The translations under genes and the position numbers were made by a program. The notes beneath the pieces were generated by a model. That model made no database searches and had not been told where the DNA came from. It saw only the letters and a list, made by a program, of their open reading frames with translations. A stretch of 52,149 bases of DNA from Nemertoderma westbladi. Taxonomy: Eukaryota > Animalia > Xenacoelomorpha. How positions within the stretch are numbered: position 1 is the stretch's first letter; each line of letters begins with the position of its first letter. The DNA lies in NCBI GenBank assembly GCA_032718475.1, contig JAUCBJ010001998.1, positions 1 to 52,149 of the forward strand. Reading direction: 5' to 3'. Below are positions 51,179 to 52,149 of this stretch, one piece after another.

Positions 51179-51670
51179 CTATTTCTTATTACCAGAGTAG
51201 TTGCGATATCCCTGGTTGTAATTCTCGTGGAAGGGGCCGCCACCTTGCCCCTGTTGAGGATTATAGAACCCATGCCCCGAGCCGGTGTTGTAGTACCTGC
51301 TTGAATTATCCCCGGCTGCATCTGAAACGAAAACCAACATATCTAGTAGCGATGAAATCTGAGTTATAAAATGTAAATTTATATTAGTGTAACACATTTT
51401 GTATTTCCACTTTACAAAGGTACCGGTAACCGTTTTGTCCAGTACTACAGTGACATTATTATTTTGTATTCCAATACGACGCAGCCGTTGTCACAAGTTC
51501 ACTGTTTTTAGTAATCAATTAATACTGCACTGTATCATACCTTTGTTTTGGTAGTAGTATCCTTTATTACCACCATCGTAGACTGTGTAATCGTTGCCTT
51601 GGCTATTGGTACCTTGGTAGGTTACATTACGACCTCCACTACCACTCCCAGACTGCTGGTTCTGACTCAT
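51179..51670 (-). CDS. Small G/N/Y/Q/S-rich uncharacterised protein (90 aa); exons 51670-51541 and 51321-51179
   Basis: Donor AAAG|GTATGA and acceptor TTTCGTTTCAG|AT join (phase 1) into MSQNQQSGSGSGGRNVTYQGTNSQGNDYTVYDGGNKGYYYQNKDAAGDNSSRYYNTGSGHGFYNPQQGQGGGPFHENYNQGYRNYSGNKK; composition is consistent across both exons. Confidence 0.8.
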
Positions 51671-52149
51671 GTTTATATTATTCAATAAGACTTGCAGATT
51701 TAGCACTAACAGCTGACAGTATAATAGACCGCACCGGTAGTCCTATTATAGGCAGACTTATACTACTGTATGTCAGACAATACTGTAGGCATCTGCTGTA
51801 TATCAGTGTGGAAGATTGAATAAGAATGAAATTGATGACCCCAATCTATTCGTCACTGCCAGCTGTACTACCTATAGTATCGGTAACAAGGCACATAGCC
51901 CAGCCCAACACCTCATAACTAGAACTCTACAAAGTAATTCAATATAAGTTAGAAACAATCTACTACTTGAACACGATGCTATATTGCATCCATATTCACA
52001 ATTGATCCTGAGTGTCCTGTATGATTACCATTCTAGGCCTACAGTATATATTTTAATTGTAAGTGAACAATTGTTGACTAAACATACCCTTTTGTAAATA
52101 ATAAGTCAAAGCGTCCTTTATAACGGACGCCTTCGCATAAAAGTATATG

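Overview
Eukaryotic (animal, AT-rich, intron-poor) genomic DNA, not prokaryotic. Genes: NDUFC2-like (+), the 3' half of a SPATS1 homolog (-), SVOP (-), geminin (-), UBA3 (+, 4 exons), a 90-aa G/N/Y-rich two-exon gene (-), a disabled ADP-ribosylglycohydrolase fragment (+) and one orphan terminal exon (-). About 22 kb (roughly 43%) is six unrelated tandem arrays with 47, 36, 48, 32, 53 and 44/55-bp units; these produce the giant ORFs in the track, which are artefacts. The rest is dense in transposons: two RTE-type LINEs and Tc1/mariner, hAT, MULE, Harbinger and P-like non-autonomous elements. Two observations stand out. (1) Both SPATS1 arrays are built from the gene's own functional junctions: a 12.5-kb intronic array repeats the exon end plus 5' splice donor about 260 times, in register with the reading frame and with a stop in the first copy, and a 2-kb array repeats the stop-codon junction. 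(2) TA-to-TACAGTA/TACTGTA transposon excision footprints can be shown by internal comparison, including the one that frameshifts the LINE. All family calls come from recalled motifs; no database searches were run.
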